Source of the DNA: Candidatus Thorarchaeota archaeon | GTDB lineage: Archaea; Asgardarchaeota; Thorarchaeia; Thorarchaeales; Thorarchaeaceae | Length of the DNA: 58,516 nucleotides | Reading direction: 5' to 3' | Assembly (NCBI GenBank): GCA_016839605.1 | Contig: JAEOTX010000078.1 | Location: 1-58,516, forward strand | In this document: positions 9,764 through 20,080 of the stretch, in pieces | How positions within the stretch are numbered: position 1 is the stretch's first letter | Layout: each line of letters opens with the position of its first letter | Made by a program: the position numbers and the translations under genes | Notes under the pieces: model-generated | What the model was told of the DNA's origin: nothing | Database searches by the model: none | Seen by the model: the letters and a program-made list of their open reading frames with translations, nothing else

Positions 9764-11389
9764 TTACTGCAGAGTTCTCTTCAATGTTACAATAGCTTGT
9801 TCAACTCCAATCGTCTGAATATATGGACCTAATTTCGGACCACGATCCGTATTCAGAAGAATTTGATAAAGTAGTTTGAAGAAGTTTCTTGGTTTGATTT
9901 CATTTTCTCTTGCTGTTTCAAAGATCTTGGTTTGAATCTCGTCTGAGTCTTTCAAACCCTCTATTGCTCTAACTAGATACTTGATAGCAGCCTTTTGTTT
10001 TTCATCTAAGTCAATAGTAATGTCTTCAAGTTGAGCGAAATCGTTTACCCAATTATTTGCATACTGAACTCTTTCATTTACATCTCGAAGAGTTGCTCCA
10101 TTTCTAAGATACCCATATTCTACTAAGCGAGACTCGATGAATTCCTCATATGCACTCTTGGGTGCTACAGCTATTAGATTGACAAGCAATGAATAAGGAA
10201 TGTGGGTTGACCTCTTATCAGGTGGTTTGAGATGCCAGCAATATTCAAACAATCCTCTCAACTTTCTCTCTCGAGCAGGATTGCTTTCTTTTATTCGGCC
10301 AAAATAGACATCTTCCAGATAATCTAGTTCCTTCATGTAAGTTGGGATATCATCTACTGCTAAAGTCCTACTTCCAGTGATCCTTTTGAATGTCAGTAGT
10401 TGCAGTGATTGAGGTGAACCATAAAGGAACCAAGTTTGCGGAGTAAATACATTCCCAGCAGATTTCGATATCTTCGATCCACCTTTATCCAAGAACATCT
10501 CATACCTTGCATGAATAGGGGGCTCATAACCGAAAATCTCTGTGCATATCTGATCGTTGCATATAACAGATTCAAAGATGTCCTTTCCAAAAGCCTCAAA
10601 ATCGATTTGAAGTAGATCCCATCTTGCTGCAAATTCAACTTTCCAAGTGAGCTTACCTTCCCCTTTGGCTATATCTGACCAACCATGGTAGCCACACCCA
10701 TCAAGCATTTCGCCGCGAATTTCATCTCCTTCACAAATGTATTCCACTTGACCTTTCTTTTCATCAAAGCTGATTGCTTTGGTAGTATAGATTTTCCCAC
10801 ATTGCTTGCAAACAGCATGATAGGGGAGTACTTCCAAATATTTCGCCTGTCCGGTTGTTTCTTCAATTATTTCTCCAGCACGTTTTGCTTTAGCTAGCAG
10901 GGTTTTGACCTGTGGAGCCATTTTGCCGGTCGTATACAATTCATTTGCTGAGGTGGGGGTAAAGAGGATACCGGCTTGATCAATTGCATCGATTAACAGC
11001 GATGACATATGTTGACCATAGCTTTCATGACAACCCCAGGGATCAGGAATCATAGAAACTGGTTTTCCAAGATGTTCTTCCAATTCAGGTGGTGTTCCTG
11101 CAGGTACTTTACGCAAACCATCCATATCATCAGCAAAAGCTATAAACTCTGATTTTCTGCCCAAATCTTCGATTGCTAGTTTGAAGCCAAATGCACGTGA
11201 TGCATCTGCGAATGACCCAATATGAGGGAAGCCAGATGCGCCAAGTCCGCTCTCAGTTCTGATCACTTCTGGATGCTTGCCTTCTAAGTTGTCTTTACGT
11301 TCTAATACACTTAGAGCTAATTTATCGATCCAGGTTCCACGACCGATAACTTCCTCTGTGTCATCATCAAGGTCAAAATCTTGTGTCAA
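9764..11389 (-). CDS. lysS: Class I lysyl-tRNA synthetase
   Basis: SGFPHIGS, DDMDGLRKVP, KLTWKVE, FGKD and KISKSAGN motifs. Confidence 0.96.
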   Translation of the reverse strand: MTQDFDLDDDTEEVIGRGTWIDKLALSVLERKDNLEGKHPEVIRTESGLGASGFPHIGSFADASRAFGFKLAIEDLGRKSEFIAFADDMDGLRKVPAGTPPELEEHLGKPVSMIPDPWGCHESYGQHMSSLLIDAIDQAGILFTPTSANELYTTGKMAPQVKTLLAKAKRAGEIIEETTGQAKYLEVLPYHAVCKQCGKIYTTKAISFDEKKGQVEYICEGDEIRGEMLDGCGYHGWSDIAKGEGKLTWKVEFAARWDLLQIDFEAFGKDIFESVICNDQICTEIFGYEPPIHARYEMFLDKGGSKISKSAGNVFTPQTWFLYGSPQSLQLLTFKRITGSRTLAVDDIPTYMKELDYLEDVYFGRIKESNPARERKLRGLFEYCWHLKPPDKRSTHIPYSLLVNLIAVAPKSAYEEFIESRLVEYGYLRNGATLRDVNERVQYANNWVNDFAQLEDITIDLDEKQKAAIKYLVRAIEGLKDSDEIQTKIFETARENEIKPRNFFKLLYQILLNTDRGPKLGPYIQTIGVEQAIVTLKRTLQ

Positions 11390-11537
11390 TTTCTACGCCA
11401 AGAAGACATCCTCTCTCATCATTTTAATTCCTACTATATTGAACGTTAAAACCAGAAATTAGAAAATGAGAGAAACGGAGCGTAGTAGATTCTAAGCTGA
11501 TCGAAGCTTAGAGCCTTCAGAAAGCAAATAGAAGTTT

Positions 11538-11564
11538 GAAGGAGGGCTTTGCGGCCCTACCTTC
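11538..11564 (-). terminator. Hairpin followed by pyrimidine-rich tract after actin
   Basis: Minus strand GAAGGTAGGGC-CGCAAA-GCCCTCCTTC, then AAACTTCTATTTGCTTTCT. Confidence 0.55.
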
Positions 11565-11577
11565 AGAGACTGTTGGT

Positions 11578-12717
11578 CTAAATACACCTGTGAATGACTT
11601 CAGGTCCTGCTTCCTCGAACTCCTTTCTGGAAACCCACATCTTCTGGAAGGTCTTCAGTGAGGCAAGGATGCTTCCACCAATCCAGACAGAGTACTGTCT
11701 CTCGGGTGGAGCAATAATTCGGACCTCGATGTTCTCTGGGACTAGCTCGGTGATCTCCTTGTGGAGCCTCTCCTTGAGTCCTGGGAACATAGTCGAACCA
11801 CCGGACAACACAACGTTGGCGTACAGGTCACGTCGCAAGTCGACGTCACATGCCTTGATAGACTCAACAATGTGGTCATCTAGTGGTTGGGTGTCAAGAC
11901 CGATTGCGCTAGGATTGAAGAACAACTCGGGTGCCTGGAACCTCTCTGCTCCGACTGTGATTACCTCACCGTCAGGTAGCATGTAAGGCTTGTCAACACC
12001 TGCCTTATCGGCTACGGTTCGTTCTCTCTCAGGATCAAGGGCTACGTAACATAGCTTCTCCTTGACATCCCTGACAATCTCTTTTTCTGCACCGCTCACA
12101 AAGGAGTAGCCCCTCTGCCTGAGCAGTCTGCGCAGATACTCGGTGATGTCACGGCCTGCGAGGTCGATTCTTTTGATAGCGTGAGTGATAGCAAAGCCCT
12201 CGTAGATTGGGACAATGTGTGTCACACCATCTCCGGAGTCAATAACTAGTCCTGTCGTTCTTCCGGACGCGTATAGCGATAGCACTGCCTGTGTGGCAAC
12301 GTACACTGCTGGAACACCAAAGTTGTCAAACATAACTGAGGCCATTCTCTCACGATTCTCACGTGGGTTGAATGGTGCTTCAGTCAGTAGGACTGGGTTC
12401 TCACTTGGGTCTATTTTGAGGTCATTATAGAACGTGTAGCTCCAAATTTTCTCAATAGCGTCCCAGTCATCAATCACACCATGTGTGATGGGATAGACCA
12501 GTCGCAGAACACCACGCAGGTTGATGGCTTCCTCACCGATGTAGTAATCTCTGGTATAGTGATCAACATCAGTCATGATTGATTCGTATCGTGGATATCC
12601 AATCAGTGTGGGCCAAACACTTCGTGGCTGATCTTCGCCGGCGTATCCGTTCTTGCTAAGGCCAGTGCCGTTGTCAATGACAATGGGCTTCGCGCCAAGG
12701 AACTCGTCTTCAGCCAT
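11578..12717 (-). CDS. Asgard actin (eukaryote-like actin)
   Basis: [54 protein letters not shown] and [18 protein letters not shown] motifs; 379 aa. Confidence 0.97.
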   Translation of the reverse strand: MAEDEFLGAKPIVIDNGTGLSKNGYAGEDQPRSVWPTLIGYPRYESIMTDVDHYTRDYYIGEEAINLRGVLRLVYPITHGVIDDWDAIEKIWSYTFYNDLKIDPSENPVLLTEAPFNPRENRERMASVMFDNFGVPAVYVATQAVLSLYASGRTTGLVIDSGDGVTHIVPIYEGFAITHAIKRIDLAGRDITEYLRRLLRQRGYSFVSGAEKEIVRDVKEKLCYVALDPERERTVADKAGVDKPYMLPDGEVITVGAERFQAPELFFNPSAIGLDTQPLDDHIVESIKACDVDLRRDLYANVVLSGGSTMFPGLKERLHKEITELVPENIEVRIIAPPERQYSVWIGGSILASLKTFQKMWVSRKEFEEAGPEVIHRCI

Positions 12718-12818
12718 TTTTTCGGTCCTCTTTTTTTTGGTTAATGAGTAGATCTCAGAACCTAGATTCTAACTCAGAGTTCACGGAACTCTTCGCTACT
12801 GTACAGTTCGCTTTCGAC

Positions 12819-12827
12819 TATATTTAA
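12819..12827 (-). promoter_or_regulatory. Putative TATA box of the actin gene
   Basis: TTAAATATA on minus strand about 100 nt upstream of the ATG. Confidence 0.5.
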
Positions 12828-13002
12828 GACTATTCTGTCTTAGTCTCTTTAATTCAAAGGAACATCTAAGATATATTCGATTGATACGAGACCTACATAG
12901 GTAATATATGTCTGGTACTTTTACTAGCTTTGAAATACCCTTCAAAATGCCGTATATACATCATCAGGCATACTTTTGTTTTAATCAGGAATGTAGTAAA
13001 TA

Positions 13003-13860
13003 GTGATATATAGACAGAATATATATATGTCATATACCTTTGAATTAAAGTGGCGTGAAACGATGTTTTGGGAAACTGCAGACACGGTCATCAGAAGGGA
13101 GATTCAGATTGATGCCAGAAGAATTATTCTGGACCTTCTAGAAGGAGGCCCTAAGACAGGGATAGAACTACGAGAGGCAATAAAACGGTTCAAGCAGACA
13201 CAAGAGATGGAGAAGGCAAGAGCGGAGAAGAGAAAGCTTACCAAGAAGCAGATTCAGGCCATCAATGTAACTGACCCTCATTTATATCACAATACAAAAC
13301 ACCTGGAGAATTTACAGATAATCACTAGCAGGAAGAGCTCAAGAATACGCCTCTTCGGACTGGTGCCTTGGGCAATCCAACCTGTAAGAAGGGTTTTAGG
13401 GGTGACTCGTCCAGCGGCACTCATCACCTCGATGTCACGTCCTGAAGATCAGAGACCATTCATTACTTGGCTGAATGAGCAGAAGGATTTCGACGTGAGG
13501 TCTCTCCATGTCATTGTCGAAGACAGGACCTTCGCTAGAGGATCATCGAGAAACCTAGCAAGATATCTGCCTGAGAAGGGTGAACCTAAGTGGGAGATTC
13601 AATGGCATGACCTACCTGTCGACTCTGCAGGCAACTACGACACAAACATACCAGGTGATGTTATGCTCACCCAGCGGGAGATAGAGAACATAATCACTGA
13701 CAATATCAAGCAATATGATCTTGTTATTGATCTCTCTACGGGGCCGCCCCTGATTGTGCTTGCACTCTCACTCTTGGCTATGCATTATTCATTGAGTGCC
13801 ATATTTGTGAATCACAAGGATGGAAGTAATATCATAACTAGAGTGTTACCAAGGGGCTAA
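13003..13860 (+). CDS. Winged-HTH plus CARF-like domain putative regulator (start likely 13063)
   Basis: RRIILDLLEGGPKTG...LYHNTKHLE ArsR-like N-terminus; C-terminal VIDLSTGPPLIVLAL resembles the CARF D-x-S/T-G motif. Confidence 0.6.
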   Translation: MIYRQNIYMSYTFELKWRETMFWETADTVIRREIQIDARRIILDLLEGGPKTGIELREAIKRFKQTQEMEKARAEKRKLTKKQIQAINVTDPHLYHNTKHLENLQIITSRKSSRIRLFGLVPWAIQPVRRVLGVTRPAALITSMSRPEDQRPFITWLNEQKDFDVRSLHVIVEDRTFARGSSRNLARYLPEKGEPKWEIQWHDLPVDSAGNYDTNIPGDVMLTQREIENIITDNIKQYDLVIDLSTGPPLIVLALSLLAMHYSLSAIFVNHKDGSNIITRVLPRG

Positions 13861-13865
13861 ACAAG

Positions 13866-14549
13866 TTGACACATGGAAGAGAGCTTTCATGGGAAGAAAT
13901 TGGTCTAGAAACCACCCTGAAAGACCTAGCGAACATTGTCCGAGATGTCGAAGCCTCCACCCCGCCACAGAACACACGAATGCTACGCAAGACAAAGAAG
14001 TGGAGTCAGCAGCTCTCTGAGGTCATAGACTCCTTGGTCCAAATCCGGACTGAGCTAAAGCCTCAGCTCGAGAAAGCACTAGGTGTGTCAATCAGAGGGC
14101 AAGAGCTACTCCAAGTAGCTATGTTCCAGCCAAGTACAAAGAACCTGTTCAGTGAGCTTCAGATCCAGCTATCATTGGACAAGAGAAGTCCGTTGGATGA
14201 AGAAGACTACGAAGTTCTTGTGTTTCTTAGTGAGATAGCGCAGTCTTTGGCATTGGTAGGTGATGCAGCAATCTCTATCGCGGTATTGCACCACATCTGG
14301 CAGCCAAAGGCCACTGATGTTGGTACACTGACTCAACGCAGAGCAGATATCGTGAGCAATGAGCATCTGGCGAAAGTCTGTGATTCGTGGGGGCTATATG
14401 AGCAACGCATCCACTTCGATCCCGCCAGTCCTAGTAAGTCAGAGATGAACCACGACAAAGGAACTCTTGTTGAAGCGATTTGCGGAATAGTCTACATCGA
14501 GCACGGGTTCAACAAGGTCAGAGAGCTGATTCCAGTACTCGTGGGATGA
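13866..14549 (+). CDS. Ribonuclease III domain protein (Mini-III-like, no dsRBD)
   Basis: LALVGDAAI, VSNEHLA and GTLVEAICG motifs. Confidence 0.75.
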   Translation: MTHGRELSWEEIGLETTLKDLANIVRDVEASTPPQNTRMLRKTKKWSQQLSEVIDSLVQIRTELKPQLEKALGVSIRGQELLQVAMFQPSTKNLFSELQIQLSLDKRSPLDEEDYEVLVFLSEIAQSLALVGDAAISIAVLHHIWQPKATDVGTLTQRRADIVSNEHLAKVCDSWGLYEQRIHFDPASPSKSEMNHDKGTLVEAICGIVYIEHGFNKVRELIPVLVG

Positions 14550-14562
14550 TGTTTTGAATATC

Positions 14563-16050
14563 TTAAGCTTCGGTCATGTCATATTCATCCCGTAGGTCCT
14601 TAGCATCAGTGGACGCAGGATATAGTTGAAGGAATCGTTTTCGAATAGTAACTGCGTCCTCAGGATCAGAATAGACCCGTACCGACGGGATAGTTTGCTT
14701 CTGTTTGTTAAGAATCTGCATCAAGGGTTGCCCCTCTTCAATGGAATCAAGTGTGACAATCTCAAGACCTGTAGTTTCACCGCCGACCAAGAGTGGAATC
14801 TTACCAAGAAGCGCTTCTCCTAGCTTGGGATTTACGACATCAATGATTACTTTTCCAATATCTCCCGCAACTTCAGTTTCCATATCGATCAGTTTCTCAA
14901 TATCTGTTAGTGTTGCCAGCAGTGCATCTCGAGATGCCTCCTCAAATGATGAGAGTGATCGTGCCAACACTACCTTGAACATTCTCCGGTGTCGTATTCT
15001 TCTTGCATAGTCTCTAACAAACTCAATCTCTGAATTCTTAAACCAAAGATAGAGGTCGGCATCAGTCATACGCGTAAACATTCCAAAGCATTCGTTCTTG
15101 GATAGCCCCTCTTCTCGAAGCCGGAAGTAAGTAGCTTTGGAGGTTATTGCTTCAGCGAGCTTCACGGCATGATGAAGGTAGAGATCACTGAACATCCAGT
15201 TTCTACTGAGGATTAGTGACTCCAATGAATGGAGGGCTTTTAGCATGAATGCCCTCACATAGTTGCCATCACGATTCTTGACAACACGGTTTGTCAGCAT
15301 AACTCTTTCAGCGGGAAAGATGCCTAGTTGAACTCCGCTGAAATGAGCATCTCGGATCAAATAGTCCGTCTTATCTATGTCAAGAGGATGGTCTAGAAAG
15401 TCAGACAGTAACATCCAGACGGGGTCTTTTGCTTTGCGCCTAAAGACATCAACCACAATACTTGGTTCAATACCATTTTCCTTCAGGATGTCAGAGAGTC
15501 CACTATGCTTGATGAGATACTCACCCAAGTCCAAGTGGTCAATCCCGGCCCAGCTCTCCAAAGCATACTCAATGGTGTGTGATGTTGGGGGATGGCCCAC
15601 GTCATGAAGAAGGGCAGCCGCTCTGAACACCTTCTGCTGATAGTCATCAAGTAGGTTAGATAGAGGATGGAAGCAGGGTTCATCTAAGTCATCGCAATAG
15701 TTGACAACTCTTATGCACTTCTGCGCTAAAAAGCTGGTTCCCACGCAGTGAAGAAATCGGGTGTGAGTCGCTCCTGGATATACCAAGTGAGCTGGACCAA
15801 GCTGCTTAACAAAACGCAGCCGTAGCATCTCAATACTTGATAAGATATCCAATTCCCAAGGTGCGAAAATGATAGCTCCATGTACAGGATCTTGGATTGC
15901 TTTCTGGCGAGTATGTTTCTCCTCTACAGACCATAGACGTCTACGACGTTTTATCTTGCTTTGGATTTCATCCCAGGCAGCCCCCTTAGCAGACTTTGCA
16001 TCAGCAATGGTCTGCTCCCGGAAACCTGTCAACCGAATCAGCTCAGCCAT
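14563..16050 (-). CDS. HD-domain phosphohydrolase, SAMHD1/dNTP triphosphohydrolase-like
   Basis: DPVHG, RLRFVKQLG, VYPGATHTRFLH, LLHDVGH, DIDKTDYLIRD and LYLHH motifs. Confidence 0.92.
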   Translation of the reverse strand: MAELIRLTGFREQTIADAKSAKGAAWDEIQSKIKRRRRLWSVEEKHTRQKAIQDPVHGAIIFAPWELDILSSIEMLRLRFVKQLGPAHLVYPGATHTRFLHCVGTSFLAQKCIRVVNYCDDLDEPCFHPLSNLLDDYQQKVFRAAALLHDVGHPPTSHTIEYALESWAGIDHLDLGEYLIKHSGLSDILKENGIEPSIVVDVFRRKAKDPVWMLLSDFLDHPLDIDKTDYLIRDAHFSGVQLGIFPAERVMLTNRVVKNRDGNYVRAFMLKALHSLESLILSRNWMFSDLYLHHAVKLAEAITSKATYFRLREEGLSKNECFGMFTRMTDADLYLWFKNSEIEFVRDYARRIRHRRMFKVVLARSLSSFEEASRDALLATLTDIEKLIDMETEVAGDIGKVIIDVVNPKLGEALLGKIPLLVGGETTGLEIVTLDSIEEGQPLMQILNKQKQTIPSVRVYSDPEDAVTIRKRFLQLYPASTDAKDLRDEYDMTEA

Positions 16051-16159
16051 CTCGAAATCAAGATCTTGGACAGCTGCTCTATCTCCATGTGGAATCTGCT
16101 TTCACCTACGCACCAAATATTCCGCTGTTATTTAAGCAATGACTTTGACAGAGGTCGCC

Positions 16160-16741
16160 TTACTCAGAAGGCAGGTCTCTAGATCTCTTGACCCGCTCCC
16201 GGGCAGCACTATATTCCAATGTATTCTCACGCTCCATTGCTCCACAATACTCGTCAGGAGTGCAGTAGTCCCATCCTCGGAGTGTCTTGCACCATGGAGC
16301 TGAACGTGCCTTGTAGAAGGGAGGATCGATAAGATTGGCCACGACGAGAAAGTCAGCAACGATTTTAATCGCATTATTCTTGAAGGCTTTCTGTATGCAA
16401 GGCGGAGCTCGTTCTACAATCCTTGAGTTAATTCTGAACAGTCGGAGCCAGAGAAGGCATTTTTTCGCAACATAGAGGAAATCACACTTTGGGCATAGAC
16501 TTGCATAAATTGAGAGTCGGCAAAATTCATCTCTACTATCCTTTGTCAACCCTGATTCACGCAGAAGGTGAAACTTGATGTCCACAAACCACTCTGGTGT
16601 GAAGGCACCAAACTCGTCTATGAATGATTGAAGCTCAGATTGAACTTCTTCTTCAGTCGAGTTCCAGGTATCCTCGGTAAGGAGTGGTTTTCGCTTCCTG
16701 TCAGACATCGAATATTCAATCTCATATCCTGCAAAGGTCAT
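16160..16741 (-). CDS. Protein resembling the primase large subunit C-terminal Fe-S domain
   Basis: PPCI...Y...PWCKTL...YC...YC...NTLEY Cys pattern. Confidence 0.55.
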   Translation of the reverse strand: MTFAGYEIEYSMSDRKRKPLLTEDTWNSTEEEVQSELQSFIDEFGAFTPEWFVDIKFHLLRESGLTKDSRDEFCRLSIYASLCPKCDFLYVAKKCLLWLRLFRINSRIVERAPPCIQKAFKNNAIKIVADFLVVANLIDPPFYKARSAPWCKTLRGWDYCTPDEYCGAMERENTLEYSAARERVKRSRDLPSE

Positions 16742-16863
16742 CTTAAACGCATCAGTTGGAAAAGCAATTGACTATTCGGATTCGAAGCTTGTTGGAACAA
16801 CTCTTAAATCAGGTAAACGGAGCTTCAGCCTAATAGCGCCTCTTCTGATGAGGTCACTGCCAG

Positions 16864-17877
16864 ATGACCAAGCTTAGCTTACTAACCGAACATTCCTTCA
16901 AAGAGGGAGTCACATCACTCGAGATTGTAGACCTGACCAGCAGCGGAACAGAAAACGTTGTGGTATCCACTATGAATGGGGATCTCAGGGTCTTTGAGTT
17001 GACAAAAGGTAAGAAGCCAAAGCTAAAGGAAATAGCGAGGACAAGTGACCTCCCACCAGTAGCCGCATTGGATACGGGGGATGTTTTGGGGAATGGAGTT
17101 CCTGACTTTGTTGTAGCAGGACTCGATAATCAGCTCCGTCTACTTGTGTACATGGACAACAAACTGCAAGTGAAGAGCTCAACTCCTGTAGGAGCCATTC
17201 CAACTTCATTGGTGGTAGCCAATGTACTTAGTGACAAGAGTGCTGAAGTTATAGTATCTACAACTGACCAGGCCCTCAGGTGCTATGGATGGTTTGATGT
17301 GGTTTTGGACAAGTTAGCTCACAAAGTAGTAGATAATCCCGTCCTGTCTATGCGACGTTTGTCAATAGAAAACGTTCCGTACAGTAGATTTGTTTTTGGA
17401 GATGAAAATGGCAACATCTTCGTGTATCAGTATGCTGATGATAGACTTCATGAAGTATGGAGGATGAAGGTGGGAAAAGAGGTCTATCATATTGCTACTG
17501 GTAATATCGCAGGCGGAAGATATGACGAAATCGTTAGTGTTTCAGATAAACGCACAATTACACTCCTTAGAGTAGAACAACAGGCCCTTGACAAAGTCTT
17601 GTCAATCAAGGCTCCTGAGTCTGTGACAGCAGTGAGAATGGGCAGGATTCTTCAAGACACCCCAGCTGGACAGATTCTCCTGAGTTTGCAAGATTCCACG
17701 ATATTATTACTGGGTTTCAACGGGTTGGAACTGATTGAGCTTGCATCGCTTAGAACCGCTTCAAAATCTGCTGAGTCGCTGGTGGCTTTTGGCGATCTTA
17801 CTGGTGATTCAAGAAATGAAATTGTTCAGGCGATTGGGAATAAGGTCTATCTGATCAAGATTGATGACGAGGATTGA
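16864..17877 (+). CDS. Beta-propeller protein with FG-GAP-like repeats
   Basis: Repeats GDVLGNGVPDFVV, ANVLSDKSAEVIV, GNIAGGRYDEIV and GDLTGDSRNEIV. Confidence 0.7.
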   Translation: MTKLSLLTEHSFKEGVTSLEIVDLTSSGTENVVVSTMNGDLRVFELTKGKKPKLKEIARTSDLPPVAALDTGDVLGNGVPDFVVAGLDNQLRLLVYMDNKLQVKSSTPVGAIPTSLVVANVLSDKSAEVIVSTTDQALRCYGWFDVVLDKLAHKVVDNPVLSMRRLSIENVPYSRFVFGDENGNIFVYQYADDRLHEVWRMKVGKEVYHIATGNIAGGRYDEIVSVSDKRTITLLRVEQQALDKVLSIKAPESVTAVRMGRILQDTPAGQILLSLQDSTILLLGFNGLELIELASLRTASKSAESLVAFGDLTGDSRNEIVQAIGNKVYLIKIDDED

Positions 17878-17880
17878 GAA

Positions 17881-18372
17881 CTACAACTCAGGCATGAATA
17901 CTTCGTTTGGTTGGCGTACTTCAATCATTTTCACTGAAGTCTTGGACTTGATTCGAGGTACTACTTCAGTATCAAGCCAGTCCTTCACACTTGCTCGGGC
18001 CATCTCGATATTCTCAGCTTCTGCATTCATGTCGAACCTGATGAACAAATTGTAGGGCTCTCTCTCTGACACTTCCTTTTTGACCATCGCCCAGAAGGCT
18101 TTGGAGCCAGCTGGGATGTCGATTCGGCCAAGGATTTCTGACCAAGATTTGCCCTCTAATCTCTTTGACACTATCGCCAAATCCTTCAGTTCTGGTAGCT
18201 CCTTAAGAGCATCAAGCACCAGCTGACCAGAGGCCTTAGGGTCCTTGATCTCTTCGAACTCCGCTATCAGGTAATGATCTGCTCTAAACTTGGGCATGGG
18301 CAAAGGCTCCATCCAAATGATGAAGCCGCCTGTCTGCCCTCTGCTCTTAAGTATGATGGTCCTGCAGTTCAC
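17881..18372 (-). CDS. Hypothetical protein (start probably further downstream, at MEP or MPK)
   Basis: ORF at the end of a minus-strand operon. Confidence 0.6.
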   Translation of the reverse strand: MNCRTIILKSRGQTGGFIIWMEPLPMPKFRADHYLIAEFEEIKDPKASGQLVLDALKELPELKDLAIVSKRLEGKSWSEILGRIDIPAGSKAFWAMVKKEVSEREPYNLFIRFDMNAEAENIEMARASVKDWLDTEVVPRIKSKTSVKMIEVRQPNEVFMPEL

Positions 18373-18982
18373 CCTTAGGGCTGAGAAGCTCCCCTTTGTA
18401 GTGATGGAATCGGTAGGCTGCAGTACAGATACCCATGAGTGTGACTACCACAAGCCCCCAAATAACGAGACTCAATAATGAAAAGATGACTAGTGTTAGT
18501 AGACGTTCAGACCGTGCACCTAATCCTACATCAAGGTCCACCACTCCGAGACTCGCTGCGAGTGATCTGCTGTAGCTGGTCAACAGCCATCCGGTTATGC
18601 AGAGAAGTACCCAGAGCGGAACTGGAATTCCAAGGACTGATGTCGCCTCATAAGCTGCCGCGATGGCAAAGAGCAGGATTGCTTCAGAAACTTTGTCTAT
18701 GAAGGAGTCGGTGAGTGCACCTGCTTTTGATGTCAAACCACTCTCTCTTGCCACGACCCCATCCACACCATCAAGAAAGCCTACGAGAAACACAAGAAGT
18801 CCGTAAAGCATCGGCGAATTCATGATGGATAACACAAGAAAGGCAAGCAGTGACATCAGAATAGTGATGTAAGTAATTGAGTCAGGTTTCACGTTACGGT
18901 CTGCAAGTGGCTTTGCTGTTCTGGTGACCAAGCCTCTAAAAAGGCCCCTGACTCTGAATTTACTTGGTGAGATGTCATTCAC
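18347..18982 (-). CDS. CDP-alcohol phosphatidyltransferase
   Basis: LDGVDGVVAR...GALTDSFID signature. Confidence 0.92.
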   Translation of the reverse strand: MNDISPSKFRVRGLFRGLVTRTAKPLADRNVKPDSITYITILMSLLAFLVLSIMNSPMLYGLLVFLVGFLDGVDGVVARESGLTSKAGALTDSFIDKVSEAILLFAIAAAYEATSVLGIPVPLWVLLCITGWLLTSYSRSLAASLGVVDLDVGLGARSERLLTLVIFSLLSLVIWGLVVVTLMGICTAAYRFHHYKGELLSPKGELQDHHT

Positions 18983-20036
18983 TCTCCTCTATGATGATTT
19001 TCCTGCCATACACAATGGCATCATTAATGTGAGCTCCTGCGTTGACACGAGCTGATCCAAAAAGAATGCATCTTTCTAAGGTCACCTCACGGGCGAGCTC
19101 GGTGCCATGCTCCATACTCACTCCCGGGCCAACTCTACAGCTCTGTTCGATTCTGCAGGCAGGACCAATGAATGCAGGCCCCTCAATGCTCACTCCTGAT
19201 GTTATCAGGGTTCCTGATGGGAACTTAATCTCCTCGCCAATCTCGATGGTATCACCAGGAGGAACTACGATGCAGCCCTTGGCGGGTTCAACCTGTCCAT
19301 TGAGAATCATATTACTCGCGCCAAGAAGATCTGAAATGGAATCTATATCAAACCACACTCCATCTACAGTTGCTGCGTAGACATTCATCCGCTTGGAAAC
19401 CATCTCATTCAAGACGGCCACCACTGTCTTCTCCCCTGATTCATGAGCTGAGTGGAAGTGGCGAATTGCTTCCGAATTGATAGCCACAATCATGGCACTT
19501 CGATGCACATCATTATAATCCATCAGAGATGTACATATGCCAGAAACGCGACCGTCGTTCTGAACGTAAATCGGTGACCCATATCTCGAATCCAAAGAAG
19601 TACTGACGGTCACGGCGCGTGAGTCGCCTCCACGCTTGTGTTCCTTTATGAGCTGCTTCACGATGATAGGAGATACAACATAGTCCACGGGACATATTAG
19701 AAATGGCTCGGCATTGCAGCACTCGAGGACAGTGGATAGTGTATGAAGAGGCCCCTTCTCAAGTGAGGATACCTGAACCACTTCTAGGGGATAAGAATCG
19801 GCCAGGGTCAACAAGTGTTTCTTGAAAAGTTCACCTTTCCATCCAACGCCAATATGTATAGAACGCACACCAGACTTCACCAAGACCTCAAGAAGTCTGG
19901 CAATAATGGTCTTGCCTGCGATAGGGATGAGCCCTTTTGGTATGGAGTCACTAAGGACGCCCATTCGAGACCCACGGCCCGCAGCAAGAATTATGGCGTG
20001 AATGCCTATTCCTCCTCTCAGCCTTTCAAACAACAT
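18975..20036 (-). CDS. Sugar-phosphate nucleotidyltransferase with C-terminal hexapeptide repeats
   Basis: ILAAGRGSRM...PK, WFDID and GPAFIG motifs. Confidence 0.88.
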   Translation of the reverse strand: MLFERLRGGIGIHAIILAAGRGSRMGVLSDSIPKGLIPIAGKTIIARLLEVLVKSGVRSIHIGVGWKGELFKKHLLTLADSYPLEVVQVSSLEKGPLHTLSTVLECCNAEPFLICPVDYVVSPIIVKQLIKEHKRGGDSRAVTVSTSLDSRYGSPIYVQNDGRVSGICTSLMDYNDVHRSAMIVAINSEAIRHFHSAHESGEKTVVAVLNEMVSKRMNVYAATVDGVWFDIDSISDLLGASNMILNGQVEPAKGCIVVPPGDTIEIGEEIKFPSGTLITSGVSIEGPAFIGPACRIEQSCRVGPGVSMEHGTELAREVTLERCILFGSARVNAGAHINDAIVYGRKIIIEESE

Positions 20037-20080
20037 GGTTCATATCAGTGTTTGTAGGGAAAAATGTGTGGTAACGTATC

